Made by a program: the position numbers and the translations under genes. A stretch of DNA of 57,082 nt from an uncultured Candidatus Saccharibacteria bacterium (lineage in GTDB: Bacteria > Patescibacteriota > Minisyncoccia > UBA6257 > GWB1-50-10), in the NCBI GenBank assembly GCA_964366055.1, contig CAYISE010000001.1:1-57082 (forward strand), in the 5' to 3' direction. Positions within the stretch are counted from its first letter, which is position 1, and every line of letters starts with the position of its first letter. Below, in pieces: positions 44,001 through 50,923 of this stretch. The notes beneath the pieces were generated by a model. The model did no database searches. It saw only the letters and a program-made list of their open reading frames with translations, and was not told the origin of the DNA.

Positions 44001-44447
44001 GCCGGTACCCGTTCCCGTTCCTGTGCCAGTGCTCGTAAGAGCGATGGCCGCGCGGCTCTTAGGACCGAAGTAGCCAACCGCCGGCGAAACGCCAGCCGCC
44101 GCTTGCCACTTCGCCAAAGCCGCTTTGGTCATTGGACCGAAGTAGGCCGTCGGGGCGGAAATTTTCAAATACCCGCCGCTAATCAGAATGCCTTGCAAAG
44201 CGGTCACGTCCGCTCCCTTGCTACCCAAAGTGAGGTTCTGGGTGAAGTTATAGGAAGACGAAGTGGGAACGCTTGAAGAGCCCTGGAGGGCGAGTAATTG
44301 CGCCTGCAAGGCCTGGATCTGCGCCATTAAGGCGTCAATCGTGGCTTGCGAGGTCTGGGCAAAGGCCGGAATCACCGCGCCAGCGAACCAAACGGCCGTG
44401 GTGAGTGAAAGGCCTACTGCCACTGCTTTTCGACTTAAATTACTCAT
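41025..44447 (-). CDS. very large secreted cell-surface protein, S-layer-like: signal peptide, coiled coil, PG_binding_1, (TG)6 linker, about 8 Ig-like beta modules
   Basis: About 1140 aa from the ATG at 44447 (the track start at 44465 is a GTG). Features are MSNLSRKAVAVGLSLTTAVWFAGAVIPAFA, IDALMAQIQALQAQLLALQG, LTLGSKGADVTALQGILISGGY...YFGPMTKAALAKWQ and TGTGTGTGTGTG, followed by a Thr/Ser/Val-rich sequence with recurring V.V..I.L.D..G modules and no Cys until near the C-terminus. Confidence 0.75.
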   Translation of the reverse strand: MSNLSRKAVAVGLSLTTAVWFAGAVIPAFAQTSQATIDALMAQIQALQAQLLALQGSSSVPTSSSYNFTQNLTLGSKGADVTALQGILISGGYLKISAPTAYFGPMTKAALAKWQAAAGVSPAVGYFGPKSRAAIALTSTGTGTGTGTGTGPVVVVPSGSDLVVSLASDTPTVRTIGSGTAFNSALKVNLTAGSKAVSVTGITLKKTGFVANTNLNGVDVIDAAGVRHGNVVTSINSDNTIGITFPSAPITVSAGMSTSFTVRFNLLSGNLNGNVGFSIESASAITGDTTAISGSFPIAGNLMTIVNGGTSLASTTLDVLTGTGSSTLNVDAVSMQEITKFRITETSSNEAVNLYSIMIYNNGSGADADVKDVQLLDQTGAVLATAQQVGKYVTFNLATPFFIDKGQTKDFTVKAKIVDGAARTINYVVYNNYDLDLRGSGTAVSVIPGVGTNDTTFPIGNGFNIQTIGSGSLTQIKASDSPSSAVVPGSTNVSLAKYTVKPIGENYELRAVKFYVATSTNSAAKVLTGTVYVKVNGAIVYSTAASGISVDTATEYTLSSYPVLTSGVNSFITIEGSINSTATAVSTYQVKSFQVTSAKRLTTNDLVSNPTSATDANSISVKAAALTVTTLSTPVANSIVAGTTQYEYSTIKLDASTGGEDVKVSKIVVTSDGANLTEVQNLYLYKDSETSPLTTTASTASNAATVSFDFSSPFIVTKTTQVTLHLKADASSGTNAHTFKVATSTSAITATGVTRGNTLTNGSDITFAGSGQAQTHVAAGRLVLSDAAGSPNTTTTVAVGSTNQTFFAFQLASQYETQKITSLTVYATSSINKLSTTTIQNVKFYENNSGTAFATAEPTCQNVGTVASSTSCTYTVTASDNLLSAPVPVSGTTIYVKGDIGAGGSARLGDLFRFVMTSTTVDIAVKGSNTGSTAATKTGVPASAGNFVVTSQPVVVAGVTPAAGAVTTCGSTAAASCGANNTLGIFKITNSGSKTIRLSTSTAFAFNESGASTSTYDLYISAQDGSQSDSAQMLSAGYVAVSGGVVTFDISTSTAANRQITGNGGYRYLTIKNHETSVGGVHWNFSVNRLGLLLYQADNSQLGYDSDPYESTITPTDLTGIAQALFIDGKPSLGTINTGY

Positions 44448-44641
44448 TTTTACTTGTATTAACACAAATAACCAAAGACAAAGAATAAGGTTCTCTTATT
44501 GGTTACGATAGTTATTTGTTTTTAGAATTAACTTAAATTTATGCTTATCCGACTTAGAAACGATGTTTCGTTTTAAGCCGTCGACCTTTGGGATTCAGGA
44601 ACACCATTTAGTGAGGAAATGGTGGAGTAGTAACGAAGACC

Positions 44642-44673
44642 AAATAAATAAAAAGTCCCGCTTGGAGCGAGAC
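44642..44673 (-). terminator. probable intrinsic terminator of the clpB + membrane-protein transcription unit
   Basis: The minus strand reads GTCTCGCTCCAAGCGGGAC (imperfect 7-8 bp stem) followed by TTTTTATTTATTT. Confidence 0.5.
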
Positions 44674-44835
44674 CATAAACCCGCGAATACGCACTAATTC
44701 GTGCTTATTCGTGAAGTCCAGCTTAGCCTCACTCTAAGCAAACTTTAACTTATTATAACAAATTACAGGAATATTCTTCCCGCGTCAATCCCCGCTTACG
44801 GGGTCAATAACTATAACGAAAAATGGGCCTCGCTG

Positions 44836-45612
44836 TTACGGTAAAACCCAGGCGACGGTGGCGAAAATAAGCGTTAAAACCACGGCAAAAATGGTCACCT
44901 CCCTGAAAACCAGGGACAGGTTCAAAAGACCCCGAAGGTGGGCCAAAACGATGTCTCGGCTCAATATGTAAAAAAGAGCCAGGAAAGCGGCGGCATTCAC
45001 GAAACCCAGGGGAAGCAGGGCGGCAAAAGCGGCGATTTCGGCAATGAGAAGGGAGAGCGACCAGGCGGTTATCCTCAAATTCCTCCCCCGCGCCGCCTCT
45101 TCAAAAACCAGGGCTTCTTTTATAAGGAGCGCGGCGCCGAAGAAAATCGCCATGAACCAGACGACATTCGGAAGAGGCGAGAAATCCGGCGTTAAATAGA
45201 AAACTAAAAGAAAAAGGAGGACTGCCAGAGCGGTATTCACAAAATTGTAAACGAGAGTTCGGTTGCGGAAGAAGAGATTGACCAAACCCGACACCCCGAA
45301 AATAATCAGACCAAAAATTAAAATCAGGATTCCCGACATCAGACCGGCCAAAAAACCGCCGGGCAGAACGGAAATAATTGCCAACCCCAACGCGCTCAAA
45401 AGCGAAGCCAGCCAGAAAGACGAGCGCAAAACCCGCCGCTCCGGGGATTCTGAAAAATAAACGGCGAGCATCGCCGAGAAAAAAATTAAAAGGGGCCAAA
45501 AAGAAAAACCGGCCCAGACGAGAAACCAAAGCGCCACCGCGGCGAGGGCGGCCTTAGCGGCTAACCTCCACCCGGTTTTCTTTCGTAAGAACGACGTTAA
45601 TTCTTTGACCAT
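44836..45612 (-). CDS. hypothetical polytopic membrane protein
   Basis: 258 aa with 6-8 hydrophobic helices and no recognisable motif. It overlaps the clpB 3' end by 59 nt, so the true start may be internal. Confidence 0.5.
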   Translation of the reverse strand: MVKELTSFLRKKTGWRLAAKAALAAVALWFLVWAGFSFWPLLIFFSAMLAVYFSESPERRVLRSSFWLASLLSALGLAIISVLPGGFLAGLMSGILILIFGLIIFGVSGLVNLFFRNRTLVYNFVNTALAVLLFLLVFYLTPDFSPLPNVVWFMAIFFGAALLIKEALVFEEAARGRNLRITAWSLSLLIAEIAAFAALLPLGFVNAAAFLALFYILSRDIVLAHLRGLLNLSLVFREVTIFAVVLTLIFATVAWVLP

Positions 45613-48226
45613 CTTTCAAAAGACCGCGGACGATTTTATCGGCCAGGGCGTCCACAATCACTTTTTGAATCAGACGTTTTATCGGCCGCGCCCCGAAATC
45701 GGGGTCAAAACCGTTTTCCACCAGATAATTTTTCACCTCGGGCCGGATATTCAAAACCACCTCCCTTTCGGCCAGGCGCTTTTTCACCTCCTCCAGCTGA
45801 ATGTCCACTATCCTCTCTACCGACTTGGGCGTGAGGGCGTTGAAAATTATGGTTTCATCCAACCGGTTCAAAAACTCCGGCTTGAAGGTCTCGCGGAGCG
45901 CGCTCGTCACCTCGGCCCGGAACTTCTCCTCCTTATTCTGGAACTCCTCCTCATTTTTGCCGGATTTGAATCCAAGTGAGGACATCTCGCGGAAGTATTC
46001 GCTCCCCACGTTGGAGGTGAGGATAATCACCGCGTTTTTGAAATTCGCCGTCCGCCCCTTCGCGTCGGTGAGCCGGCCGTTATCCAGCACCTGCAAAAGA
46101 ATGTTAAAAACCTCGGGATGAGCTTTCTCAATTTCATCAAACAAAATCAAACTATAGGGCCGGTGCCGGATAATTTCCGTCAGTTGGCCGCCCTCATCAT
46201 GGCCGATATAGCCGGGCGGCGAACCGATGAGGCGCGAAATCGCGTGCCGCTCCATATATTCGGACATATCAATCCGCACGAGGGCTTTTTCATCGTTGAA
46301 CATAAACTCGGCCAGCGCCCGGGCCAGCTCCGTCTTCCCGACGCCGGTCGGGCCCAGAAACATAAAGGAGCCGGAGGGCCGGTCTTCGTCCGCGAGGCCG
46401 GCGCGGCTCCTCCTTAAAGCCCGCGCGACCGCTTCAATCCCTTCCTTTTGGCCGACGACCCGCTTTTCCAGAGCTTCTTCAATGCGGGAAAGTTTTTTCA
46501 TTTCGGACTCCAGCATTCTGGAAACGGGAATCCCCGTCCAGCGGGAAACAACCGCCGCGATGTCCTCCTCATCCACCACTTCTTTGATAAAACGGCTCAC
46601 CGCGTCTTTTTTCCCGCCTGCATCGCTATGCGAAGCATTGCGGGCAGGGGTTTTTGATTTATGTTCGTACTTCTTTTCCAAATCGGAATAATGTTTTTCG
46701 GTTTTGGGCAGTTCGCCGTAGCGAATCCGCGCCACGCGGTCAAAATTCCCCTCGCGCTCGGCCACCTCGGCCGTTCTTTTTAAATCCTCTATCTCGCGCC
46801 TTAATCCGTGGAGATTCTCCACGCCGATTTTCTCGCTCTCCCATCGCGCGGAAAGTTCCGCGTTTTTCTCTTTGATTCTTTTCAAGTCCCGTTCCACTTC
46901 TCTAAAACGCGGAGATTTTTTCCCCGCCAAAGCGGATTTTTCCACCTCCAATTTTGTGATGGCTTTCCTCACCTCCTCAATGTCGCGGGGCAAACTGTCC
47001 GACTCCAGCCGGCGGGCCGCCGACGCCTCGTCAATCAAATCCACCGCCTTGTCCGGCAAAAACCGGTCGGTGATGTAGCGGGCGCCCAAATTCACGGCGG
47101 CGATAATCGCCTCGTCCGTAATTTTCAAACCATGATGCATCTCATATTTTTCTTTGAGCCCGCGCAAGATGGCGATGGAATCCTCCACCGTCGGCTCTTC
47201 CACCAAAATCGGCTGGAAGCGGCGCTCCAGGGCCGCGTCTTTTTCAATATATTTTTGATATTCCTTGAGAGTGGTCGCGCCAACCGCGTGAAGTTCGCCC
47301 CGCGCGAGCGCCGGTTTCAATAAGTTGGAGGCGTCAATCGCGCCCTCGGCCGCTCCCGCTCCCACAATCATATGAATCTCATCAATGAAAAGAATAATCT
47401 TCCCCGCGGAGTGCTGGATTTCATTCAAAAACGCCTTGAAGCGGTCCTCAAACTCGCCGCGGAATTTCGTGCCGGCGATGAGCGAGCCCAAATCCAGCAT
47501 CACGATTTCCTTGTTTTTAAGCGTCTCCGGAACATCGCCCGAAACGATTTTCTGGGCCAGGCCCTCCACGATGGCCGTCTTCCCGACGCCGGGCTCGCCG
47601 ATTAAAACCGGATTGTTTTTCGTGCGGCGGGAAAGAATCTGCATCAGGCGGCGCAACTCGTCCTCGCGGCCGATAACCGGGTCTAACTTTCCGTCGCGGG
47701 CTTTCTGGGTGATGTTCACCGCGTACTTTTCCAGAACCTGGAATTTGGACTCCGGCGTTTCATCCGTTACGCGCGCCGAACCGCGGAGCTGAACCAACGT
47801 TCTCGCCAAAATCTCCCTCCGCGCCCCGAACCGAGTTAAAACTTCCTGCGCCGAGGAAGGCACTTCCAAAATCGCCAAAAGCAAATGTTCGCAGGAAATA
47901 AAATCGTCCTTGAATTTTAGCGCGATCTCCCCCGCCTTGTCCAAAATCATCATTAACTCCTGGGAAAGATATAATTGCCCAACGCCGCCCCCGACGCTGA
48001 AGATTTTAGGCACGCCTTGAAGAGCGTCGGAAACCGCGCGCTCCAATTCCGAGACATTCACGTTGGAACGCACTAAAAGCGGGCGCGCGAGCGTTTGCTC
48101 GTCATTCAGAAGCGCGGACAAAAGATGGAGGGCTTTCAATTCGCCGTGGTTGTGGCGCGCCACCGCCTCTTGGGCATTCTGAAGCGCCTCCTGGGCCTTG
48201 ATGGTGAATCTTTGAAAGTTTGGCAT
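45554..48226 (-). CDS. clpB: ATP-dependent chaperone/disaggregase ClpB
   Basis: 890 aa. Clp N-domain, Walker A motifs [15 protein letters not shown] and [15 protein letters not shown], a long coiled-coil M-domain between the NBDs, and VSRWTGIPV. Confidence 0.95.
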   Translation of the reverse strand: MPNFQRFTIKAQEALQNAQEAVARHNHGELKALHLLSALLNDEQTLARPLLVRSNVNVSELERAVSDALQGVPKIFSVGGGVGQLYLSQELMMILDKAGEIALKFKDDFISCEHLLLAILEVPSSAQEVLTRFGARREILARTLVQLRGSARVTDETPESKFQVLEKYAVNITQKARDGKLDPVIGREDELRRLMQILSRRTKNNPVLIGEPGVGKTAIVEGLAQKIVSGDVPETLKNKEIVMLDLGSLIAGTKFRGEFEDRFKAFLNEIQHSAGKIILFIDEIHMIVGAGAAEGAIDASNLLKPALARGELHAVGATTLKEYQKYIEKDAALERRFQPILVEEPTVEDSIAILRGLKEKYEMHHGLKITDEAIIAAVNLGARYITDRFLPDKAVDLIDEASAARRLESDSLPRDIEEVRKAITKLEVEKSALAGKKSPRFREVERDLKRIKEKNAELSARWESEKIGVENLHGLRREIEDLKRTAEVAEREGNFDRVARIRYGELPKTEKHYSDLEKKYEHKSKTPARNASHSDAGGKKDAVSRFIKEVVDEEDIAAVVSRWTGIPVSRMLESEMKKLSRIEEALEKRVVGQKEGIEAVARALRRSRAGLADEDRPSGSFMFLGPTGVGKTELARALAEFMFNDEKALVRIDMSEYMERHAISRLIGSPPGYIGHDEGGQLTEIIRHRPYSLILFDEIEKAHPEVFNILLQVLDNGRLTDAKGRTANFKNAVIILTSNVGSEYFREMSSLGFKSGKNEEEFQNKEEKFRAEVTSALRETFKPEFLNRLDETIIFNALTPKSVERIVDIQLEEVKKRLAEREVVLNIRPEVKNYLVENGFDPDFGARPIKRLIQKVIVDALADKIVRGLLKDGQRINVVLTKENRVEVSR

Positions 48227-48242
48227 TCAATTATTATAGCGG

Positions 48243-48271
48243 ATTATAAGGGAACTTACTAAAATTAGCAA
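48243..48271 (-). promoter_or_regulatory. sigma70-like promoter of clpB overlapping CIRCE
   Basis: The minus strand reads TTGCTA (48271-48266), a 17-nt spacer, then TATAAT (48248-48243). The -10 box lies 16 nt upstream of the clpB ATG. The -35 box lies inside the CIRCE arm. Confidence 0.45.
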
Positions 48272-48291
48272 TATAGTATATTGAGTGCTAA
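48265..48291. promoter_or_regulatory. CIRCE-like inverted repeat (HrcA operator)
   Basis: TTAGCAATA-TAGTATATT-GAGTGCTAA compared with the consensus TTAGCACTC-N9-GAGTGCTAA. The right arm is perfect, the left arm matches 7/9, and the spacer is exactly 9 nt. It lies 39 nt upstream of clpB. Confidence 0.7.
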
Positions 48292-48316
48292 TAATTCACC
48301 CGGGTCCCTCGCACGA

Positions 48317-48342
48317 CACCGGTTCTATTTATAGAACCGGTG
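48317..48342. repeat. perfect 12-bp-arm palindrome CACCGGTTCTAT-TT-ATAGAACCGGTG upstream of the TrpR-like gene (candidate operator)
   Basis: Read directly. The core GGTTCTAT..ATAGAACC is repeated at 48759-48782. A TATAAT lies at 48350-48355, just before the ATG at 48363. Confidence 0.8.
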
Positions 48343-48362
48343 GATAATGTATAATTATCGGT

Positions 48363-48752
48363 ATGGCGCGATTGCACATAGAGAGAATGTCCAACATTTT
48401 GGAAAAAGAATCTCTGCAAAAATTGTGGGACGAGATTCAAAAGATTAAATCCCCCGACGGAACGGCGAAATTTCTGGATAATTTGCTGACCAACGAAGAG
48501 AAAAAACTTGTTCTAAGAAGATTGGCTGTTGTCAGTTTATTGAAACAAGGCAAGAAGTACAGAGAGATTGTAAAATTGCTGAAAATCTCCAAAATCACCA
48601 TCAGCAAAATAAAGGACATGATAGCCGGCAGAGGATACGGCCGGAATCCGCAAAGAAAAAGAGTGTACGGTTCATCTTATTCCGTCCTGAAAAGCAAGGT
48701 GAAAGAAAAGAAACTTTTCCGAAAATACAAAGGGGCTGAAAGCATTATCTGA
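48363..48752 (+). CDS. TrpR/YerC-YecD-family helix-turn-helix protein
   Basis: 129 aa. FLDNLLTNEEKKLVLRRLAVVSLLKQGKKYREIVKLLKISKITISKIKD matches the Trp-repressor-like pattern (LLT..E......R......L..G...REI...L..S..TI.R). By eye it is lower in GC than the flanking clpB and htrA. Confidence 0.65.
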   Translation: MARLHIERMSNILEKESLQKLWDEIQKIKSPDGTAKFLDNLLTNEEKKLVLRRLAVVSLLKQGKKYREIVKLLKISKITISKIKDMIAGRGYGRNPQRKRVYGSSYSVLKSKVKEKKLFRKYKGAESII

Positions 48753-48758
48753 ATTTCT

Positions 48759-48782
48759 CTTGGTTCTATAAATAGAACCAAG
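48759..48782. repeat. perfect 11-bp-arm palindrome CTTGGTTCTAT-AA-ATAGAACCAAG downstream of the TrpR-like gene
   Basis: Read directly. It lies between the convergent stops of the HTH gene (48752) and htrA (48816) and has the same 8-bp half-site as 48317-48342. Confidence 0.8.
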
Positions 48783-48815
48783 AAGGACTGCGTGTAGATG
48801 GGGTGTTTTATTATT

Positions 48816-50096
48816 CTATTGTCCCGCCGGGCGCTCGGTAAGAATTGCTTGGATATCCAAAGTTTTCCCTCCCTGGCCGGACGAGCCCCGCTGAATTTTC
48901 AAATTAATCGTGTCACCGATGTTATGTCGCTGAATCAAATTTCCCAAAGGATTATTTTCATCCACTTTCACGCCGTTGACCTCAAGAATAATATCTTCCG
49001 CCTGAATCCCCGCCTTCGCCGCCGGAGAATTCGGGAGCATCGCCGGACCGCTGTCATTTCCCCGCACGAGCGCGCCATGAGCCACCGGCAATTTTTCTCT
49101 TTCTTTCAGACCCTCGGTAACCGAGAGATAACGCACGCCTAGATATGGAATTTTAATCTCGCCGGTTTTTTTGACGGATTCAATGTCGCGCTTCGCCTGG
49201 TTCACGGGAATCGCGAAACTGATGCTTTGGGCGCCGGAGGCGATGGCCGTGTTGATGCCGATGACCTCGCCCTTCAGATTCAAGAGCGGTCCGCCGGAGT
49301 TGCCCGGGTTAATCGCCGCGTCGGTTTGAATGACATTCTGAATCGTTTCCGAGCCGAAGTTTGCCCCCGAGGCGGTAATCGTCCGAGACAGACCGGAGAT
49401 CACCCCCACCGAAACGGTGTTCCGGAATTCGCCCAGAGCGTTGCCAATGGCAATCGCGGTCTGGCCCAATTTTAAGCCGTCGGAATCGCCCAGAGCCACG
49501 ACCGGTAAATTCGTCGCCGCGATTTTTATTACCGCCAAATCCTGGGCCGGGTCGCGGGCCAGAATTTTCGCGTCATATTTTTTGCCGTCATTCGTGAGAA
49601 CGGTATAATCCGCCTTTGAGTCGGAGACCACGTGCTTGTTGGTTAAAATCAGGCCGTCGCCGGAAATGATAAAACCGCTCCCGCCGCCCACGTCCTGTTT
49701 TTTAGTTCCCTTCTGGCAGGGCTGGGAAAAACTAAACCCGCCGAAATCACCGCCGAATAAATCCCGAAACTCGGGCGGCAAATTGGAGAAGGGGTCGCCT
49801 CCCGGGCATTGTTCAATCACCGGCAAATCCTTGGAAATCACGATGGAAACGACGGAGGGCGAGGCCCTTTCCACCGCTTTCACAATCGCCTGTTCATAAT
49901 CAATGGTGGGGGCGTAGAGCGCGATATTCGTCCCTCCACCCGTTGTGGAGGTGGCCAATTCAGTTGGTCCACCCTTCAAAAAATTCCAAATACTTCCCAA
50001 TAAATCCGCCTGGGCGAAACGGGAGGTCGCGAGCGAGCCGAAAAATCCGCCGACCAAACCCGCGATAATTATTATAATTAAGGTTTTTCTGGGCAT
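48816..50096 (-). CDS. htrA: HtrA/DegP-family serine protease with PDZ domain
   Basis: 426 aa. N-terminal TM anchor, the triad regions LTNKHVV, DLAVIKI and GNSGGPLLN, and a C-terminal PDZ-like segment (PAAKAGIQAEDIILEVNG). Confidence 0.9.
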   Translation of the reverse strand: MPRKTLIIIIIAGLVGGFFGSLATSRFAQADLLGSIWNFLKGGPTELATSTTGGGTNIALYAPTIDYEQAIVKAVERASPSVVSIVISKDLPVIEQCPGGDPFSNLPPEFRDLFGGDFGGFSFSQPCQKGTKKQDVGGGSGFIISGDGLILTNKHVVSDSKADYTVLTNDGKKYDAKILARDPAQDLAVIKIAATNLPVVALGDSDGLKLGQTAIAIGNALGEFRNTVSVGVISGLSRTITASGANFGSETIQNVIQTDAAINPGNSGGPLLNLKGEVIGINTAIASGAQSISFAIPVNQAKRDIESVKKTGEIKIPYLGVRYLSVTEGLKEREKLPVAHGALVRGNDSGPAMLPNSPAAKAGIQAEDIILEVNGVKVDENNPLGNLIQRHNIGDTINLKIQRGSSGQGGKTLDIQAILTERPAGQ

Positions 50097-50112
50097 AATC
50101 TCCTCACTTTAT

Positions 50113-50892
50113 CTATCGAATTTCATAGCGAAGCGTTACGCTCACCGTCACATCTTGGGAGCCGGGTTCAACTGCCGGCGTCGGCGCTGTCGCGCTTTTT
50201 TCCATCATCGCTCCGGCGCCGTAAGCGTAATACGCGGGCGGCGTCCCGGAATTTTCATCAATCCCCAAAAGACGCCCCACGCCGAAGCCGCCGGCTTTGG
50301 CGATTTCTTTCGCTTTGGCTTTGGCCCTCCCTATCGCCTCCGCCCGCGCCTGTGATTTGACTGATTCCGGGTCGTCAATCGCAAACTGAAGCCGGGAGAC
50401 GGTGTTTACTCCAACCTTCACCACTCCCCCCAAAATGCCGCCGATTTTTGAGAAGTCGCGGACTTTCACTTGAACATCCTGACTCACCGTATAGCCCACA
50501 ATCTCGGCAGGCGGACACGGTTCCGCGCCGCTCTCAAAAGGCCGATAACAATTATATGTCTGATAACGCGGCGAGATGGCGTAGTTCTGGGTTTCCACAT
50601 CTTTCGCATCCACGCCCTCGTTTTTCACGAAATCAATTGCCTGATTCATCTTCTTGGTATTGGCGGCCTGAAGCGCGCCCAAGTCCTTTCCCCCTTCCGT
50701 TACGACGCTGAAATTAAATTGGGCGACATCCGGCACCGCCACCATCTTCCCCTCCCCCGAGACCGAGAAACTTCGGAAGGACGACGGCTGAATTGATTCC
50801 GAATAACTGGCGGCATACACCCAGACCGAATAAGCGCCGACCAAAAGAGCGACGATAATCGCGACATTCAAATACTGTTTTGTTTTTTCCAT
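50113..50892 (-). CDS. SIMPL/DUF541-domain protein (membrane-anchored)
   Basis: 259 aa. TM anchor, then SVSGEGKMVAVPDVAQFNFSVVTEG...AIDFVKNEGVDAKDVETQNYAISP, typical of SIMPL-family proteins. Confidence 0.7.
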   Translation of the reverse strand: MEKTKQYLNVAIIVALLVGAYSVWVYAASYSESIQPSSFRSFSVSGEGKMVAVPDVAQFNFSVVTEGGKDLGALQAANTKKMNQAIDFVKNEGVDAKDVETQNYAISPRYQTYNCYRPFESGAEPCPPAEIVGYTVSQDVQVKVRDFSKIGGILGGVVKVGVNTVSRLQFAIDDPESVKSQARAEAIGRAKAKAKEIAKAGGFGVGRLLGIDENSGTPPAYYAYGAGAMMEKSATAPTPAVEPGSQDVTVSVTLRYEIR

Positions 50893-50923
50893 ATTAATAT
50901 ATTAGTAAGAGCGAAATTCTAAG

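Noticed and set aside
39241-44040. Short tandem repeats ((GGN)13 at about 39262-39300, the TPAVPA-coding repeats at 39160-39235, (ACN-GGN)6 near 43995-44030) considered as a CRISPR or other non-coding array
   Set aside because: Periods are 3-18 nt with no spacers, and they lie inside ORFs encoding poly-Gly, Pro/Ala and (TG)n linkers. They are low-complexity coding linkers, not CRISPR. I saw no CRISPR array or cas genes anywhere in the window.
43420-44276. Plus-strand ORFs of 217 and 170 aa (and several of 60-120 aa between 41.3 and 43.2 kb)
   Set aside because: They are antisense or alternative frames of the 1140-aa surface protein gene. GC-skewed Thr/Ala/Val/Gly codon usage keeps other frames open.
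46590-46680. Extra ~15-20 aa ([23 protein letters not shown]) between the ClpB M-domain and NBD2, considered as another in-frame repeat insertion
   Set aside because: The underlying DNA shows no convincing inverted repeat and none of the shared motifs of the GC-rich repeat family. This linker is naturally variable in ClpB.
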